Shown: positions 30,782 to 40,935 of the stretch, one piece after another | How positions within the stretch are numbered: the stretch's first letter is position 1 | How the letters are laid out: every line of letters starts with the position of its first letter | Source of the DNA: Polyangiaceae bacterium | GTDB taxonomy: Bacteria; Myxococcota_A; Polyangia; Polyangiales; Polyangiaceae | Assembly (NCBI GenBank): GCA_044222475.1 | Contig: JBGANF010000004.1 | Coordinates: forward strand, 32,001 to 96,000 | Reading direction: 5' to 3' | DNA: 64,000 nt | Position numbers and translations under genes: made by a program | Notes under the pieces: model-generated | Databases searched by the model: none | The model's input: the letters and a program-made list of their open reading frames with translations, nothing else | Told to the model about the DNA's origin: nothing

Positions 30782-32148
30782 ACCGTCCCCGTCCCATCCT
30801 CCTCGTCGACGACGACGCCGACATGTGTCGCGAGCTCGCGCGGGGGCTCACGAAGAGCGGGTTCGCCGTCGAGACGGCGCAGAGCGCCGACGAAGCGTAC
30901 GAAAAGCTCGAGCGCGTCGAGCTCGCCGCGGTCGTCACCGACCTCAACATGCGCGGCACGAGCGGGATCGAGCTCTGTCAGCGCATCGTGCAGAACCACC
31001 CCGCGGTGCCGGTCGTCGTGATGACGGCCTTCGGCACCCTCGAGACCGCCATTGCCACCCTGCGCGCCGGCGCGGTCGATCTCCTGACGAAGCCGTTCGA
31101 CAAGGAGCAGCTCGCACGCGTGCTCGAGCGTGTGATCCGCCTCCGCGAGCTCGAAGACGAGGTCCAACGGCTCCGGCGCGAGGTCGATCTCCAACGCCCC
31201 CTCGGCGACATCGTCGGCGAGAGCCCCGCCATCAAGCGCCTCCACGAGATGATCACGAGCGTCGCCACCACCGACGCGACCGTGCTCGTGACCGGAGAGA
31301 GTGGCACCGGCAAGGAGCTCGTGGCACGCGCGATTCATGCCCGCAGCAACCGCGCATCGGGCCCGCTCGTCGCGATCAACTGCGCCGCGATGCCGGAGGC
31401 GCTCCTCGAGAGCGAGCTCTTCGGTCACGCGAAGGGAGCCTTCACCGACGCGAAGACCGCCCGCCGCGGTCTCTTCCTCGAAGCCAACGGTGGAACGCTC
31501 TTCCTCGACGAGATCGGGGAGATGCCGCTGTCGATGCAGGCGCGCCTCCTTCGGGCGCTGGAAGAGCGACGCGTCCGGCCGGTCGGAGGCACGCAGGAGA
31601 TCCCGTTCGATACGCGGTTGGTCGCCGCGACGAACCGCGACCTCGAGGCCATGATCGAGGCGAAGACGTTTCGCGAGGACCTCTACTATCGCATCCACGT
31701 GGTCCACATCGAGGTGCCGCCGCTGCGCAGTCGCGGCACGGACGCCCTCGCGATCGCGCAGCACTTCGTGCAGAAGTTCGCCGAGCGGCACAAGAAGCCG
31801 GTGCGCGGCTTCTCGAAGGACGTCGCCGACAAGCTCCTCGCCTACGATTGGCCGGGCAACGTCCGGGAGCTCTCGAACACCATCGAGCGCGCGATCGCGC
31901 TCGCGCGCTTCGAAGAGATCCGCGTCGACGACCTCCCGCCGAAGATCCGCGACCACGCGCCGAGCGCCCTCGTCGTCGCGACCGAAGATCCCAACGATCT
32001 CGTGACCCTCGACGAGCTGGAGCGGCGCTACGTCGAGCGAGTCATGACCCTGATGGCCGGCAACAAGAGCGAGGTCACGCGCGTGCTCGGCATCGACCGG
32101 TCGACGCTCTACCGCAAGCTCGAACGCTGGGGTCTGCTCAAGAAGTGA
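30778..32148 (+). CDS. Sigma-54-dependent response regulator (NtrC/ZraR family)
   Basis: REC domain, GESGTGKE, ESELFGHAKGAFTDA, FLDEIGE, WPGNVREL, Fis HTH LGIDRSTLYRKL. Confidence 0.96.
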   Translation: MNRPRPILLVDDDADMCRELARGLTKSGFAVETAQSADEAYEKLERVELAAVVTDLNMRGTSGIELCQRIVQNHPAVPVVVMTAFGTLETAIATLRAGAVDLLTKPFDKEQLARVLERVIRLRELEDEVQRLRREVDLQRPLGDIVGESPAIKRLHEMITSVATTDATVLVTGESGTGKELVARAIHARSNRASGPLVAINCAAMPEALLESELFGHAKGAFTDAKTARRGLFLEANGGTLFLDEIGEMPLSMQARLLRALEERRVRPVGGTQEIPFDTRLVAATNRDLEAMIEAKTFREDLYYRIHVVHIEVPPLRSRGTDALAIAQHFVQKFAERHKKPVRGFSKDVADKLLAYDWPGNVRELSNTIERAIALARFEEIRVDDLPPKIRDHAPSALVVATEDPNDLVTLDELERRYVERVMTLMAGNKSEVTRVLGIDRSTLYRKLERWGLLKK

Positions 32149-32563
32149 GCGTCGCCTCGCGGACAGCCGCGATGAGATCGGGCACCGAGAGGGGCTTGTC
32201 GAGGACAGCCTTCGCCCCGAGGTCGGTCGCGCGCCGGTGAAGCGTGGCGTCGGCGAACGCGGTCATGAGCACGATCGGAACGTCCCACTCCGCGAGCCGA
32301 AGCGCGAGGAGCAAGTCGAGGCCGGTGTGCCCGGGCATCCGAACGTCCATCACGATGGCGTCCGGCCGCGGGAGAGCCTTCGCGGCGACCGCCGACAGAT
32401 GGCGGAGGAGCTCCGCGCCGCTGGCGGCGGCCAGCACTTCGTACCCGTGCTTGCGCAGCGACGACGACAAGAGTGTGCGGAGGTCGTCGTCGTCTTCGGC
32501 GAGGAACAGGCGGGGACCGATGGGGCACTGGGCGTAGGCCAACGCGGCGGGGGAGAGGGGCAT
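32138..32563 (-). CDS. Single-domain response regulator
   Basis: LAEDDDDLR, PDAIVMDVRMPG, LMTAF, LDKP. Confidence 0.88.
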   Translation of the reverse strand: MPLSPAALAYAQCPIGPRLFLAEDDDDLRTLLSSSLRKHGYEVLAAASGAELLRHLSAVAAKALPRPDAIVMDVRMPGHTGLDLLLALRLAEWDVPIVLMTAFADATLHRRATDLGAKAVLDKPLSVPDLIAAVREATLTS

Positions 32564-32576
32564 CACCCATCGCAGC

Positions 32577-32592
32577 TGCACGCTGCGTGCCA
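32577..32592 (-). promoter_or_regulatory. Sigma-54 promoter of the single-domain response regulator
   Basis: Minus strand TGGCACG-CAGC-GTGCA, 13 nt before the ATG. Confidence 0.65.
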
Positions 32593-32665
32593 CGCCGCCC
32601 CGGCCGAGCGACCGCGGAGCGCGACGAGGGCGACGCCTCGCCGCGCTCCGCCACACCGCTGGTCG

Positions 32666-33103
32666 CTACTCGTCGAGCTGCTTCGGCTGCGCACCACTGC
32701 CGATTTGGATCTTCCGAGGCTTCGCCTTGGGGATCTTCGGGATGCGGATGGTGAGCACGCCGTCGGCGAGGTTCGCGGTGAGCTTCTCCTCGTCGACCGT
32801 GTCCGGCAGGGTGAACGCCCGGCTGAAAGGACCGTAGCTTCGACCGAGCAGCACCTGTTCGTTGGCGCTTCCGTCGAACTTGCGCGTGCCTTTGATCGTC
32901 AGGACGCGGTTCTCGAGCGAGACGTCGAGGTCGGCCTCCTTCACGCCGGGCACGTCGCAGTGGAAGACCACCTCGCTCTCGCTTGCGCGCACGTCGATGG
33001 CCGGTTCGAAAGTTCGAGCATTCGTCGCCGTTCCATACGCAGATCCCATGACGTCATCGAGCATGCGATCCAGCGTGGAGACGGCATCCCACGTCGTCAT
33101 CAT
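32666..33103 (-). CDS. Hsp20/alpha-crystallin small heat-shock protein
   Basis: PAIDVR, DVPGV, LTIKGTR, YGPFSRAFTLP, ANLADGVLTIRIPK; RBS AAGGAGG. Confidence 0.93.
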   Translation of the reverse strand: MMTTWDAVSTLDRMLDDVMGSAYGTATNARTFEPAIDVRASESEVVFHCDVPGVKEADLDVSLENRVLTIKGTRKFDGSANEQVLLGRSYGPFSRAFTLPDTVDEEKLTANLADGVLTIRIPKIPKAKPRKIQIGSGAQPKQLDE

Positions 33104-33462
33104 GGAACACCTCCTTCTTGAGCTGGGTTGGTTCGAGTCGAGTCGTTGACGGAGCGCTTCTTGGGCATCCGGACGCGGAGCAGATCGCCCGTCCGGTGCG
33201 TTTCGACCTTGCCGGTGATGGCCGAGGGCAAGGCGCAGAGCCTCATCGACTGGGAGCGGCCGAGCACCGTCACTGCCTGGTCGCTCGCGTGGACACGCAC
33301 CGGGCCGTGGCTCTCTTCGGGTGCGTGGAACACGACGGTGATGGCCTCGTCGTCTTCGGTGGCGTCGACCGGCGACGCGAACCACGGCGGAGTCGCGAGG
33401 CTGGAGCACGAGATGCGAAGCAGAGACCGGAAGCCGGTCGAGGATCGCGCGTGGATCGTCAT
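33100..33462 (-). CDS. Degenerate Hsp20-like protein
   Basis: PVDATEDDEAITVVFHAP...LP...GDLLRVRMPK; RBS GGAGGT; coupled to hsp20. Confidence 0.6.
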   Translation of the reverse strand: MTIHARSSTGFRSLLRISCSSLATPPWFASPVDATEDDEAITVVFHAPEESHGPVRVHASDQAVTVLGRSQSMRLCALPSAITGKVETHRTGDLLRVRMPKKRSVNDSTRTNPAQEGGVP

Positions 33463-33478
33463 GGCACCTCCGGCTCGC

Positions 33479-33658
33479 TCACCCGTCGCAGAGCCACGCC
33501 TCCGACGCCCCTTCGTCGCGCTCGAGGATCGACCGCAGGCCCAGATCTTCGTCGCGGGGCCTCGGCCACTGCCGCAGCTCCGGCATCGCCCGGAGAACCT
33601 CGGCTGGCTCGGTGATCGTCAGCTCTTCCATCAACGGCAGTTCGTATCGGTCCAACAT
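33479..33658 (-). CDS. Small hypothetical protein (59 aa)
   Basis: RBS GAAGGGAGG 5 nt before the ATG of MLDRYELPLMEEL; first gene of the hsp20 run. Confidence 0.55.
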   Translation of the reverse strand: MLDRYELPLMEELTITEPAEVLRAMPELRQWPRPRDEDLGLRSILERDEGASEAWLCDG

Positions 33659-33763
33659 GGAGTCCTCCCTTCGAGCCGATGCCGGCCCGACCCGGGGGGA
33701 ACCAACTCCGCCCGAGGCGGGTCGAATCACTCGAAAATGCCTGTAATCATGCCCGATCGAGTG

Positions 33764-35986
33764 TCAAGGGGTGCGGTCGCCGACGGTGAAGAGGGTCGCC
33801 ATCTTCACCTCGTCGACGACGCTCTCGCACACCAGGACTCGGTGCTCCATCCCAGAGTGGGACCAGACGACGGCCGTGATGGGCTCGATGCGCTTCGCGC
33901 CGCGTAGCCGCGGATCGGCGTTCGCGACCGCTCTCTCGGGGTCGAAGAGGACGCCCCAGGGCGATGGCCACCCGCCGGTCGCGGCCTTCGACACCGGGCG
34001 CATGTGCGCGCGCAGCCTCGTCTCGTGAGCGGCCACGGCGGCGCGCGCGCGGACCACCTCGGGCTCGAGCGGCGGACGCTCGAAGTCCTCCACGTGGAAG
34101 TACGGCGTTCGGTCGGCGAGCATCTCGAAGGGACCTTCGAGCCTCTCCTGCCACACGAGGAGCGGCACCGAGGTCAGCGAGTGGGCCGGGCTCTCCTCCG
34201 ATTCGCCGCCGCCGATTCGCGAGGACTGGGTCGCCGAGCTCCATCGAAGGAAGCACCGCTCCGCAGCCCGCCACTCGTAGAGGAACGTCTCGGGTGGAGC
34301 GTCGCGCTTCAGCTCGAGGCGAAGCAGCGGGCCTCCGGGCAGGCAGCCCACGATCTCGAGCTCGCGATCGAAGCCGACGTCCCTTGCCGCGGGGAACGCG
34401 AAGGGCAGCGGCGCGAACGTCGCGGTCGATGCGACGGGATCGAAGACGATCACGCCGAGCCGCTCGCCGTCCGAGCGTCGCTCGACTCCCGCGCCGTAGA
34501 GGACTCCCCCGTGCACGACGAGCTTTCGTGACGCCAGCGCGCACGAGAGCGGGAACGCACGGTCGACGAGAGCGCTCGCGCGCACCGTACCTTCGGGCAA
34601 GCGCTGCGTGATCCCCGAGCGTTCGAGCACGAGCCAGATCGCTTCGCGGATCGTCGGTTGGCAGACCGCGATAGACGCCTCGACACGCCGGACCTCGGCC
34701 GCCGCGAGCGGTCGCGTGTCCGTCAACGCGAAGAGCGCGCGCGCCGCTTGGGTCGCGGTGCGGGCGTCGGGCGAGCTCAGCCCGTCGATGAGGAGCGACG
34801 CCCCGACCGCCCGCGCCGAAGGGCTCTCGGCGATGGCGTCGAACGCCCAACGCCGAATCATCCGGTCGTCGGATGACGCCAACGCGCAGAGCGTGGCGGC
34901 GAGCGGCCCCTGAAACTCGGGGAGCGCGCCGAAGCGCGCGAGAGCGTCGCGCGCCGGATCTCCGCACCGCGGCACCGGACAGCGAGCCCACGCCCGGAGC
35001 CACGGAAAGGACTCGGGCCAGCACGGCAGCGCGCAGAGACCCTTGAACACGCGCTCGTAGAAGTACGGATCGTCGCGCGCGAGCTCGGCGCCGGCGGGCA
35101 CGGAAGCGACGACTGCGCCGCCCGCAGCGCGAAAACGAGCGACCGCTTCGTCGACCTTCGAGGCCCCGACGCCGTGCGACGCGAGCGCGGTCAACGTGCG
35201 CGCCGCCCTCGCTGGGTCCGACGCGCCAGCGGCGGTCAGGGCCTCCACGATCAACCCGAGGACGTGACGATCGTGCTCGACCATCAGCTGTCGCTCCAGA
35301 GCGGCGAACGTCTCCGGGAAATCGGCGAAGCGCGTGCCCAGCACCGCGAACGCGCGCCGCTTCACCGTGTCGACCGGGCTGCTCACGTGGGCCCAGAGGA
35401 AGCGCGCGATCCGCGCCCGGTTCGTGCCGCGCGCGGCACCGAGCGCCACGACGCACCGCCACGCGACGCTCGGCTTCGACAGGCGCACCCCTTCGAAGAG
35501 CCATGTCACTTCGGCTTCGTCCTTCGGCACGAGCGCCTCGACTCCGTCCCCCGTGCCGAGCATCGAGGACAGCTTCTTCGAGAACCTGCTCGTGAGCTTC
35601 GCGGGAGGGTTCCACGCCGAGAGGTCCCGCGCGCGCCCGACGACGGCGGCGAGACTTCGATCGTGCAGCGCAGCGACCAGCGCGGGATCGTCGAAGCGTT
35701 CGGCCCGGCCGAGGTGGCGCACCACCCGCCGCAGGCCCGGCAGATCGAGCGAAGCGACCACCGCCGGAGACCGGAGCACGCGCTCCGCTTCAGCCGCCGA
35801 GAGGATCCCGTCGTCGAGCGGGAGCCCGGCGTGCGGCCAGAGGAGCGGCGCGAGGCGCGCGAGGAGATCCACGTCGCGCTTGGGATCGGGTCGCAGCTGA
35901 TACGGGAGGAGCTCGTCGGCGAAGGACGCCAGCTTCTGCAGGGCGTGGTTCGTGAAGAACGCCGCTTCCTCCGCCGGGCCCATCAT
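33764..35986 (-). CDS. Hypothetical protein with HEAT-like repeats and possible N-terminal DUF6508-like domain
   Basis: 740-aa ORF; RAERFDD helical motif; VKRRAFAVLG and IRRWAFDAIA HEAT-like helices. Confidence 0.55.
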   Translation of the reverse strand: MMGPAEEAAFFTNHALQKLASFADELLPYQLRPDPKRDVDLLARLAPLLWPHAGLPLDDGILSAAEAERVLRSPAVVASLDLPGLRRVVRHLGRAERFDDPALVAALHDRSLAAVVGRARDLSAWNPPAKLTSRFSKKLSSMLGTGDGVEALVPKDEAEVTWLFEGVRLSKPSVAWRCVVALGAARGTNRARIARFLWAHVSSPVDTVKRRAFAVLGTRFADFPETFAALERQLMVEHDRHVLGLIVEALTAAGASDPARAARTLTALASHGVGASKVDEAVARFRAAGGAVVASVPAGAELARDDPYFYERVFKGLCALPCWPESFPWLRAWARCPVPRCGDPARDALARFGALPEFQGPLAATLCALASSDDRMIRRWAFDAIAESPSARAVGASLLIDGLSSPDARTATQAARALFALTDTRPLAAAEVRRVEASIAVCQPTIREAIWLVLERSGITQRLPEGTVRASALVDRAFPLSCALASRKLVVHGGVLYGAGVERRSDGERLGVIVFDPVASTATFAPLPFAFPAARDVGFDRELEIVGCLPGGPLLRLELKRDAPPETFLYEWRAAERCFLRWSSATQSSRIGGGESEESPAHSLTSVPLLVWQERLEGPFEMLADRTPYFHVEDFERPPLEPEVVRARAAVAAHETRLRAHMRPVSKAATGGWPSPWGVLFDPERAVANADPRLRGAKRIEPITAVVWSHSGMEHRVLVCESVVDEVKMATLFTVGDRTP

Positions 35987-36005
35987 GGTGCCGCGACATC
36001 TTCGC

Positions 36006-37202
36006 TCAGTACGTCTCGACGTGGAAGCGCCCCTCGGCGCGCATCGTCTCGCGAATCTCGGCGAAGCTCTTGCCGTGGCGCTCGCACACGTCTTCGAGCG
36101 CCTCGAGGACGCCCGCCTCCATGCGCTTGTGCCCGCATACGTAGAGGTGCGTCTCGGGATGACTCAGCATCTCGAACGTTCGTTCGTGGCGCGTGCGCAT
36201 CCGGTCTTGGACGTACGCCTTCGGAACGCCGGGCGTGCGCGAGAACGCGAGCTCGACCTCGATCAGCTCCTTCGGGAGCTTCATCAGCGGGCCGAAGTAA
36301 GGGAGCTCCTCGCGTCGTCGCGCGCCGAAGAAGAGGAGGATGTCGCCCCCTTCCTTCAGCGCCATGCGACGCCGGCGACGCTCGGTCATCGCGCGCATCG
36401 GTGCGGCCCCCGTACCGGTGCAGATCAAGAGCAGCCGCGAGCCGGGGTGGTTCGGCATGAGGAAGGTCGCGCCGTAGGGACCGGTGACCTTGACCGTGTC
36501 GCCCTTCGCGAGGTCGCACAGGTAGTTCGACGCCACGCCGCGCACGGGCTTGCCGTCGGGATCGACGACGACGCGCTTCACGGTGAGCGAGAGGTTGTTG
36601 TGCTTGGGGCGCTCACCGTCGCGCGGGCTCGCCACCGAGTACAACCGAACGTGGTGCGGCGCGCCGCTCGCGTCGGTCCCCGGAGGGATGACTCCGATCG
36701 ACTGCCCTTCGAGCACCGGGAACGCCGTCTTGCCGAAGTCGAGGACGATGTGACGGATGTCGACCTCGGAGTCGTCGGACGTGAGGCGGTGCGATCCGGC
36801 GACCGTCGCGATCGCGGGGCGGTCGGCCGAGTAGAGCCCGACGTACGGATGAGCCGCGGACCACGGAGGGCGGGTCACTCCGCTCGACTGCGTCGCACGC
36901 GTCGTGATCTCCTCGACGTCCTGCGGGACGGGGCCGTCAGCCGGGGGCTTCTCGTCCTTCGGCAGCTCGTCCCAGCGGAGCTGGTCCTCGATCGAGAACG
37001 CGGTGGCGACTTGCCGCCACGAGTCGATCGCGCCGGTCGGGCACGACGGAAGGCAATCCCCGCACTCGTTGCACTTGTCGAACGCGACGACGTAGTTCCG
37101 CTTGTCGTGCGTGATCGCGTCGACCGGACACTTCTCCTCGCAGGTGTTGCAGCGGATGCACGCCTCGGGATCGATCAGGTGCTGGCGGAGGAGCCCCGTC
37201 AA
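36006..37202 (-). CDS. boxA: Benzoyl-CoA 2,3-epoxidase reductase subunit BoxA
   Basis: [21 protein letters not shown] and [17 protein letters not shown] (2x[4Fe-4S]); FNR domain [38 protein letters not shown] overlaps the boxB stop. Confidence 0.95.
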   Translation of the reverse strand: MTGLLRQHLIDPEACIRCNTCEEKCPVDAITHDKRNYVVAFDKCNECGDCLPSCPTGAIDSWRQVATAFSIEDQLRWDELPKDEKPPADGPVPQDVEEITTRATQSSGVTRPPWSAAHPYVGLYSADRPAIATVAGSHRLTSDDSEVDIRHIVLDFGKTAFPVLEGQSIGVIPPGTDASGAPHHVRLYSVASPRDGERPKHNNLSLTVKRVVVDPDGKPVRGVASNYLCDLAKGDTVKVTGPYGATFLMPNHPGSRLLLICTGTGAAPMRAMTERRRRRMALKEGGDILLFFGARRREELPYFGPLMKLPKELIEVELAFSRTPGVPKAYVQDRMRTRHERTFEMLSHPETHLYVCGHKRMEAGVLEALEDVCERHGKSFAEIRETMRAEGRFHVETY

Positions 37203-38623
37203 TGGAACCGCACGTACTCGAAGTCTTGCGGTTTGCCGTCGATCCCCACGCGCGGCGGTGCGATCCACGACGCGAACTTGCCGGGGACGACGACGCGACC
37301 CATGAGCGCGCGGACGTGCTCGTGATCCTCGTCGGTAGGCAGCCACTCGCGCTCGTGAGCCTTCCACTCGCTCTCCGTGAGGACGCGACCGTCGGGCGAG
37401 ACGTGGGCGTTCGCGAACACCCCGATCTTCCGGTGGAACGCCTTGTGCGGGAGCTTCAGGCGCGTCGAGAAACCCGCCTTCTCGATGATCTTGTTCCAGC
37501 GCTCGACGCCGGCGGCGCAGTCGACGATGTAGTCGTCACGCAGGCGCTCGTTGAGCGACAGCAGCGCGCTCACCGTCTTCTCGACGAGCTTGCCGTTCTC
37601 GAGATCGAGCATCTTGTAGTCGACGTTGGTGAGCGTGTGGTCGTCGTCGATCTTCTCTTCTTCGAACCGGCCCTTGAGCCCCATCGAGTAGAACGTCGAC
37701 GCGTTCGAGCTGATCTCGCCGCCGTAGAGGTCGAGCGTCACGCTGAAGTGGAAGTTCAGGTAGCGCTGGAGCGTCGGCAGATCGATCGCGCCGGCGGCGC
37801 GCACCTTGTCCGGGTCCTCGCTCTTGATCTCCTTCATCACGTCGCAGGTGCGCTGGATGATGCGCCCGACGCCGCTCTCGCCGACGAACAGATGGTGCGC
37901 CTCCTCGGTGAGCATGAAGCGCGTCGAGCGCGCGAGGGGATCGAAGCCGCTCTCGGCGAGGGCGGCGAGCTGGTACTTCCCGTCACGGTCGGTGAGGAAC
38001 GTGAACATGAAGAACGACAGCCAGTCGGGCGTCTTCTCGTTGAACGCGCCAAGCAGCCGCGGCTTGTCGTCCGAGCCGCTGCGGCGTTGGAGGAGCATCT
38101 CCCCTTCTTCTCGTCCGTCGCGGCCGAAGTACGCGTGGAGCAAGTAGACCATCGCCCAGAGGTGTCGGCCCTCTTCGACGTTCACCTGATAGAGGTTTCG
38201 TAGATCGTAGAGGCTCGGGCACGTGGCGCCGAGGTGACGTTGCTGCTCGACGCTCGCGGGCTCGGTGTCGCCTTGCGTCACGATGATGCGGCGCAAGGTC
38301 GACCGGTACTCGCCGGGGACTTGGTTCCACACCGGCTGCCCCTTGTGGGTTCCGAAGGCGATCTTTCGGTCCGCCTCGGGCGGCGTGAGGAAGATGCCCC
38401 ACCGGTAGTCCGGCATCTTCACGTAGTCGAAGTGGGCCCAGCCCTTGGGGTCGACGCTCACCGCGGTGCGCAGGTAGATGTCCCAGTCCTTGCTCTCGAT
38501 CGGGCCCATCTCCTTCCACCACTCGAGGTAGTGGGGCTGCCACTGCTCGAGCGCGCGCTGGAGCGTGCGGTCGGTCGAGAGGTCCACGTTGTTCGGAATC
38601 TTGGACGTGTAGTCGATCGCCAT
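37199..38623 (-). CDS. boxB: Benzoyl-CoA 2,3-epoxidase di-iron subunit BoxB
   Basis: [56 protein letters not shown]. Confidence 0.97.
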   Translation of the reverse strand: MAIDYTSKIPNNVDLSTDRTLQRALEQWQPHYLEWWKEMGPIESKDWDIYLRTAVSVDPKGWAHFDYVKMPDYRWGIFLTPPEADRKIAFGTHKGQPVWNQVPGEYRSTLRRIIVTQGDTEPASVEQQRHLGATCPSLYDLRNLYQVNVEEGRHLWAMVYLLHAYFGRDGREEGEMLLQRRSGSDDKPRLLGAFNEKTPDWLSFFMFTFLTDRDGKYQLAALAESGFDPLARSTRFMLTEEAHHLFVGESGVGRIIQRTCDVMKEIKSEDPDKVRAAGAIDLPTLQRYLNFHFSVTLDLYGGEISSNASTFYSMGLKGRFEEEKIDDDHTLTNVDYKMLDLENGKLVEKTVSALLSLNERLRDDYIVDCAAGVERWNKIIEKAGFSTRLKLPHKAFHRKIGVFANAHVSPDGRVLTESEWKAHEREWLPTDEDHEHVRALMGRVVVPGKFASWIAPPRVGIDGKPQDFEYVRFH

Positions 38624-38761
38624 GGCGCGGCCATGAGCAAGACTCGTGCAACGCTTGCATTTGCCTTGCGCTGCTGCACGTGTCGCGCACGGGGTGCGCG
38701 TGGTGCGCAAACGGTGCGACCGGCGCTTGCGGAGTCCCACATGGGGACATAGCTTCTAGCG

Positions 38762-39232
38762 ATGGCCCCTGGCTGGTACCCCGATCCTGCGACCGGCCAA
38801 CAGCGCTGGTGGGACGGCCGCCAGTGGGGGACCTACGGTCAGCCCCCGCCAGGAGTGGGCTACCCGGGTGGGTACGCCCCGCAGGGGTTCGCCGGCCACG
38901 TCGATCCGATGGTCGCGGCGTCGCGAAGCTCGGCCTCGCTCGCGCACTACCTCGGGCTCCTCGGGTTTCTGGGCCCGCTGATCATCATGATGACGTCGGG
39001 CACGAAGGACAACTTCGTCCGAGTCCACGCGGTGGAGGCGGTGAACTTCCACCTCACGGTGATCATCGGCTGGTTGATCGTCGGCGTCGCGAACGCGATC
39101 ACGTGCGGCCTCGCCTTTCCGCTGGTCTTCGCGGTGCTCATCCCGGTCATCTACTTCGGCGTCCAAGCCGGAAGCGCGGCGAGCCGCGGCGAGTGGTACC
39201 GCTACCCGTGGACCATTCGCATGGTGACGTGA
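38762..39232 (+). CDS. DUF2510 plus DUF4870 membrane protein
   Basis: PGWYPDP...RWWDGRQW; FVRVHAVEAVNFH; GEWYRYPWTIRMV. Confidence 0.85.
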   Translation: MAPGWYPDPATGQQRWWDGRQWGTYGQPPPGVGYPGGYAPQGFAGHVDPMVAASRSSASLAHYLGLLGFLGPLIIMMTSGTKDNFVRVHAVEAVNFHLTVIIGWLIVGVANAITCGLAFPLVFAVLIPVIYFGVQAGSAASRGEWYRYPWTIRMVT

Positions 39233-39236
39233 CGAC

Positions 39237-40853
39237 TCACCGTTCGGGCGCTTCGTGGCCCGACTTGTTCACGTACTCGGTGTAGCCACCGCCGTAGCTG
39301 TGGATCCCGTCCTTCGAGATCTCGAGCACTCGGTTCGACAGCGCCGCGAGGAAGCGACGATCGTGCGAGACGAACAGCATCGTCCCCTCGAACTTGGCGA
39401 GCGCTTCGACGAGCATGTCCTTCGTCGTGACGTCGAGGTGATTGGTCGGCTCGTCGAGGACGAGGAAGTTCGGCGGGTCGTAGAGCATCTGCGCGAGCAC
39501 GAGGCGGGCCTTCTCGCCGCCCGACAACACGCGGACCGATTTTTCGACGTCGTCGCCGGAGAAGCCGAAGACGCCAGCGAGCGTCCGCATCGTCCCCACC
39601 GTGGCGAGCGGGAACTTGTGCGAGAGCGACTCGAAGACCGTCTCGTCCGGGTTCAAGACGTCCATCGAGTGCTGGGCGAAGTACGCGAGCTTCACGCTGG
39701 CGCCGATCTTCACCGAGCCGGCGTCGGCCTCGGTTGCGCCGGCGGCGAGCTTGAGCAGGGTCGACTTCCCTGCCCCGTTGATCCCCATGATGCACCACCG
39801 CTCCCCGCGGCGGACGAGCCAGTCGAAGTTCTTGTAGATGACACGCTTTCCCCAACCCTTGTCGACGTGGCTGAACGAGACGACGTCGTCGCCCGAGCGC
39901 GGCGCGGGCTTGAAGTCGAAGTGGAGCGCGCGGTGGCGCTTCGGCGGCTCGACCTTCTCGATCTTCTCGAGCTTCTTCACCCGTGACTGCACCTGCGCGG
40001 CGTGGCTCGCGCGCGCCTTGAAGCGCGCGATGAAAGCTTCTTCCTTGGCGAGCATCGCTTGCTGGCGCTCGAACTGGGCCTCTTGCTGCGCGTCGAGGAT
40101 CTTGCGCTGCGCCTCGTAGAAGTCCCAGTTGCCGGAGAACGTCGTGATGTCGCCGCCGTCGATCTCCAGGATCTTGTGCACGATGCGGTTCATGAACTCG
40201 CGATCGTGCGACGTCATGAGGAGCGCGCCGTCGTATTGCTTGAGCCATTGCTCGAGCCAGAGGATCGACTCGATGTCGAGGTGGTTGGTCGGTTCGTCGA
40301 GGAGGAGCGCGTCGGGCTTCATCAAGAGGATGCGCGCGAGCGCGACGCGCATCTTCCACCCGCCGGACAGCGCGCCGACGTCGCCGTCCATCACGTCGGC
40401 GGCGAAGCCGAGCCCGGCGAGGATCTCGCGGGCGCGCGCCTCGAGGGCGTAGCCGCCGAGCTCTTCGTAGCGAGCCTGCGCGTGACCGAAGCGCTCGACC
40501 AGCTCCTCCATCTCGTCCATGCGCTCGGGGTCGGCGAGCGCGGCCTCGAGCTCTCGGAGCTGCGCGGCCGCCTCCGAGACCGGGCCCGCTCCATCCATCG
40601 TCTCGGCGACGACGCTGCGCCCCGCCATGTCGCCCACGTCCTGGCGGAAGTAACCGATCGTCGTGCCGCGATCGACCGCGACCTGACCGCCGTCGGGTTG
40701 TTCCTCCTTCATGATCATGCGGAAGATCGTGGTCTTCCCGGCGCCGTTGGGCCCGACGAGGCCGCACTTCTCCCCGCGGTTGATCGCGGCGGACGCGTCC
40801 ATGAAGAGGATCTGTTTTCCGTGCTGCTTGGCGATGGCGTCGAGGCGGATCAA
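39237..40853 (-). CDS. ABC-F family ATP-binding protein
   Basis: Two NBDs (GPNGAGKT/LSGGW/DEPTNHLD and GINGAGKS/LSGGE/DEPTNHLD), no TM segments. Confidence 0.95.
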   Translation of the reverse strand: MIRLDAIAKQHGKQILFMDASAAINRGEKCGLVGPNGAGKTTIFRMIMKEEQPDGGQVAVDRGTTIGYFRQDVGDMAGRSVVAETMDGAGPVSEAAAQLRELEAALADPERMDEMEELVERFGHAQARYEELGGYALEARAREILAGLGFAADVMDGDVGALSGGWKMRVALARILLMKPDALLLDEPTNHLDIESILWLEQWLKQYDGALLMTSHDREFMNRIVHKILEIDGGDITTFSGNWDFYEAQRKILDAQQEAQFERQQAMLAKEEAFIARFKARASHAAQVQSRVKKLEKIEKVEPPKRHRALHFDFKPAPRSGDDVVSFSHVDKGWGKRVIYKNFDWLVRRGERWCIMGINGAGKSTLLKLAAGATEADAGSVKIGASVKLAYFAQHSMDVLNPDETVFESLSHKFPLATVGTMRTLAGVFGFSGDDVEKSVRVLSGGEKARLVLAQMLYDPPNFLVLDEPTNHLDVTTKDMLVEALAKFEGTMLFVSHDRRFLAALSNRVLEISKDGIHSYGGGYTEYVNKSGHEAPER

Positions 40854-40935
40854 GGGGGGCGAGCTATAGCAGTGAGTGCGACTTCCGCGCGTGAAGACGT
40901 TGTTTTGGGCTCGGGACCCAAAACTGGGAGGTGGG

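Noticed and set aside
33728..33766. True CIRCE (HrcA operator)
   Set aside because: The spacer is far longer than the required 9 nt and the arms are incomplete.
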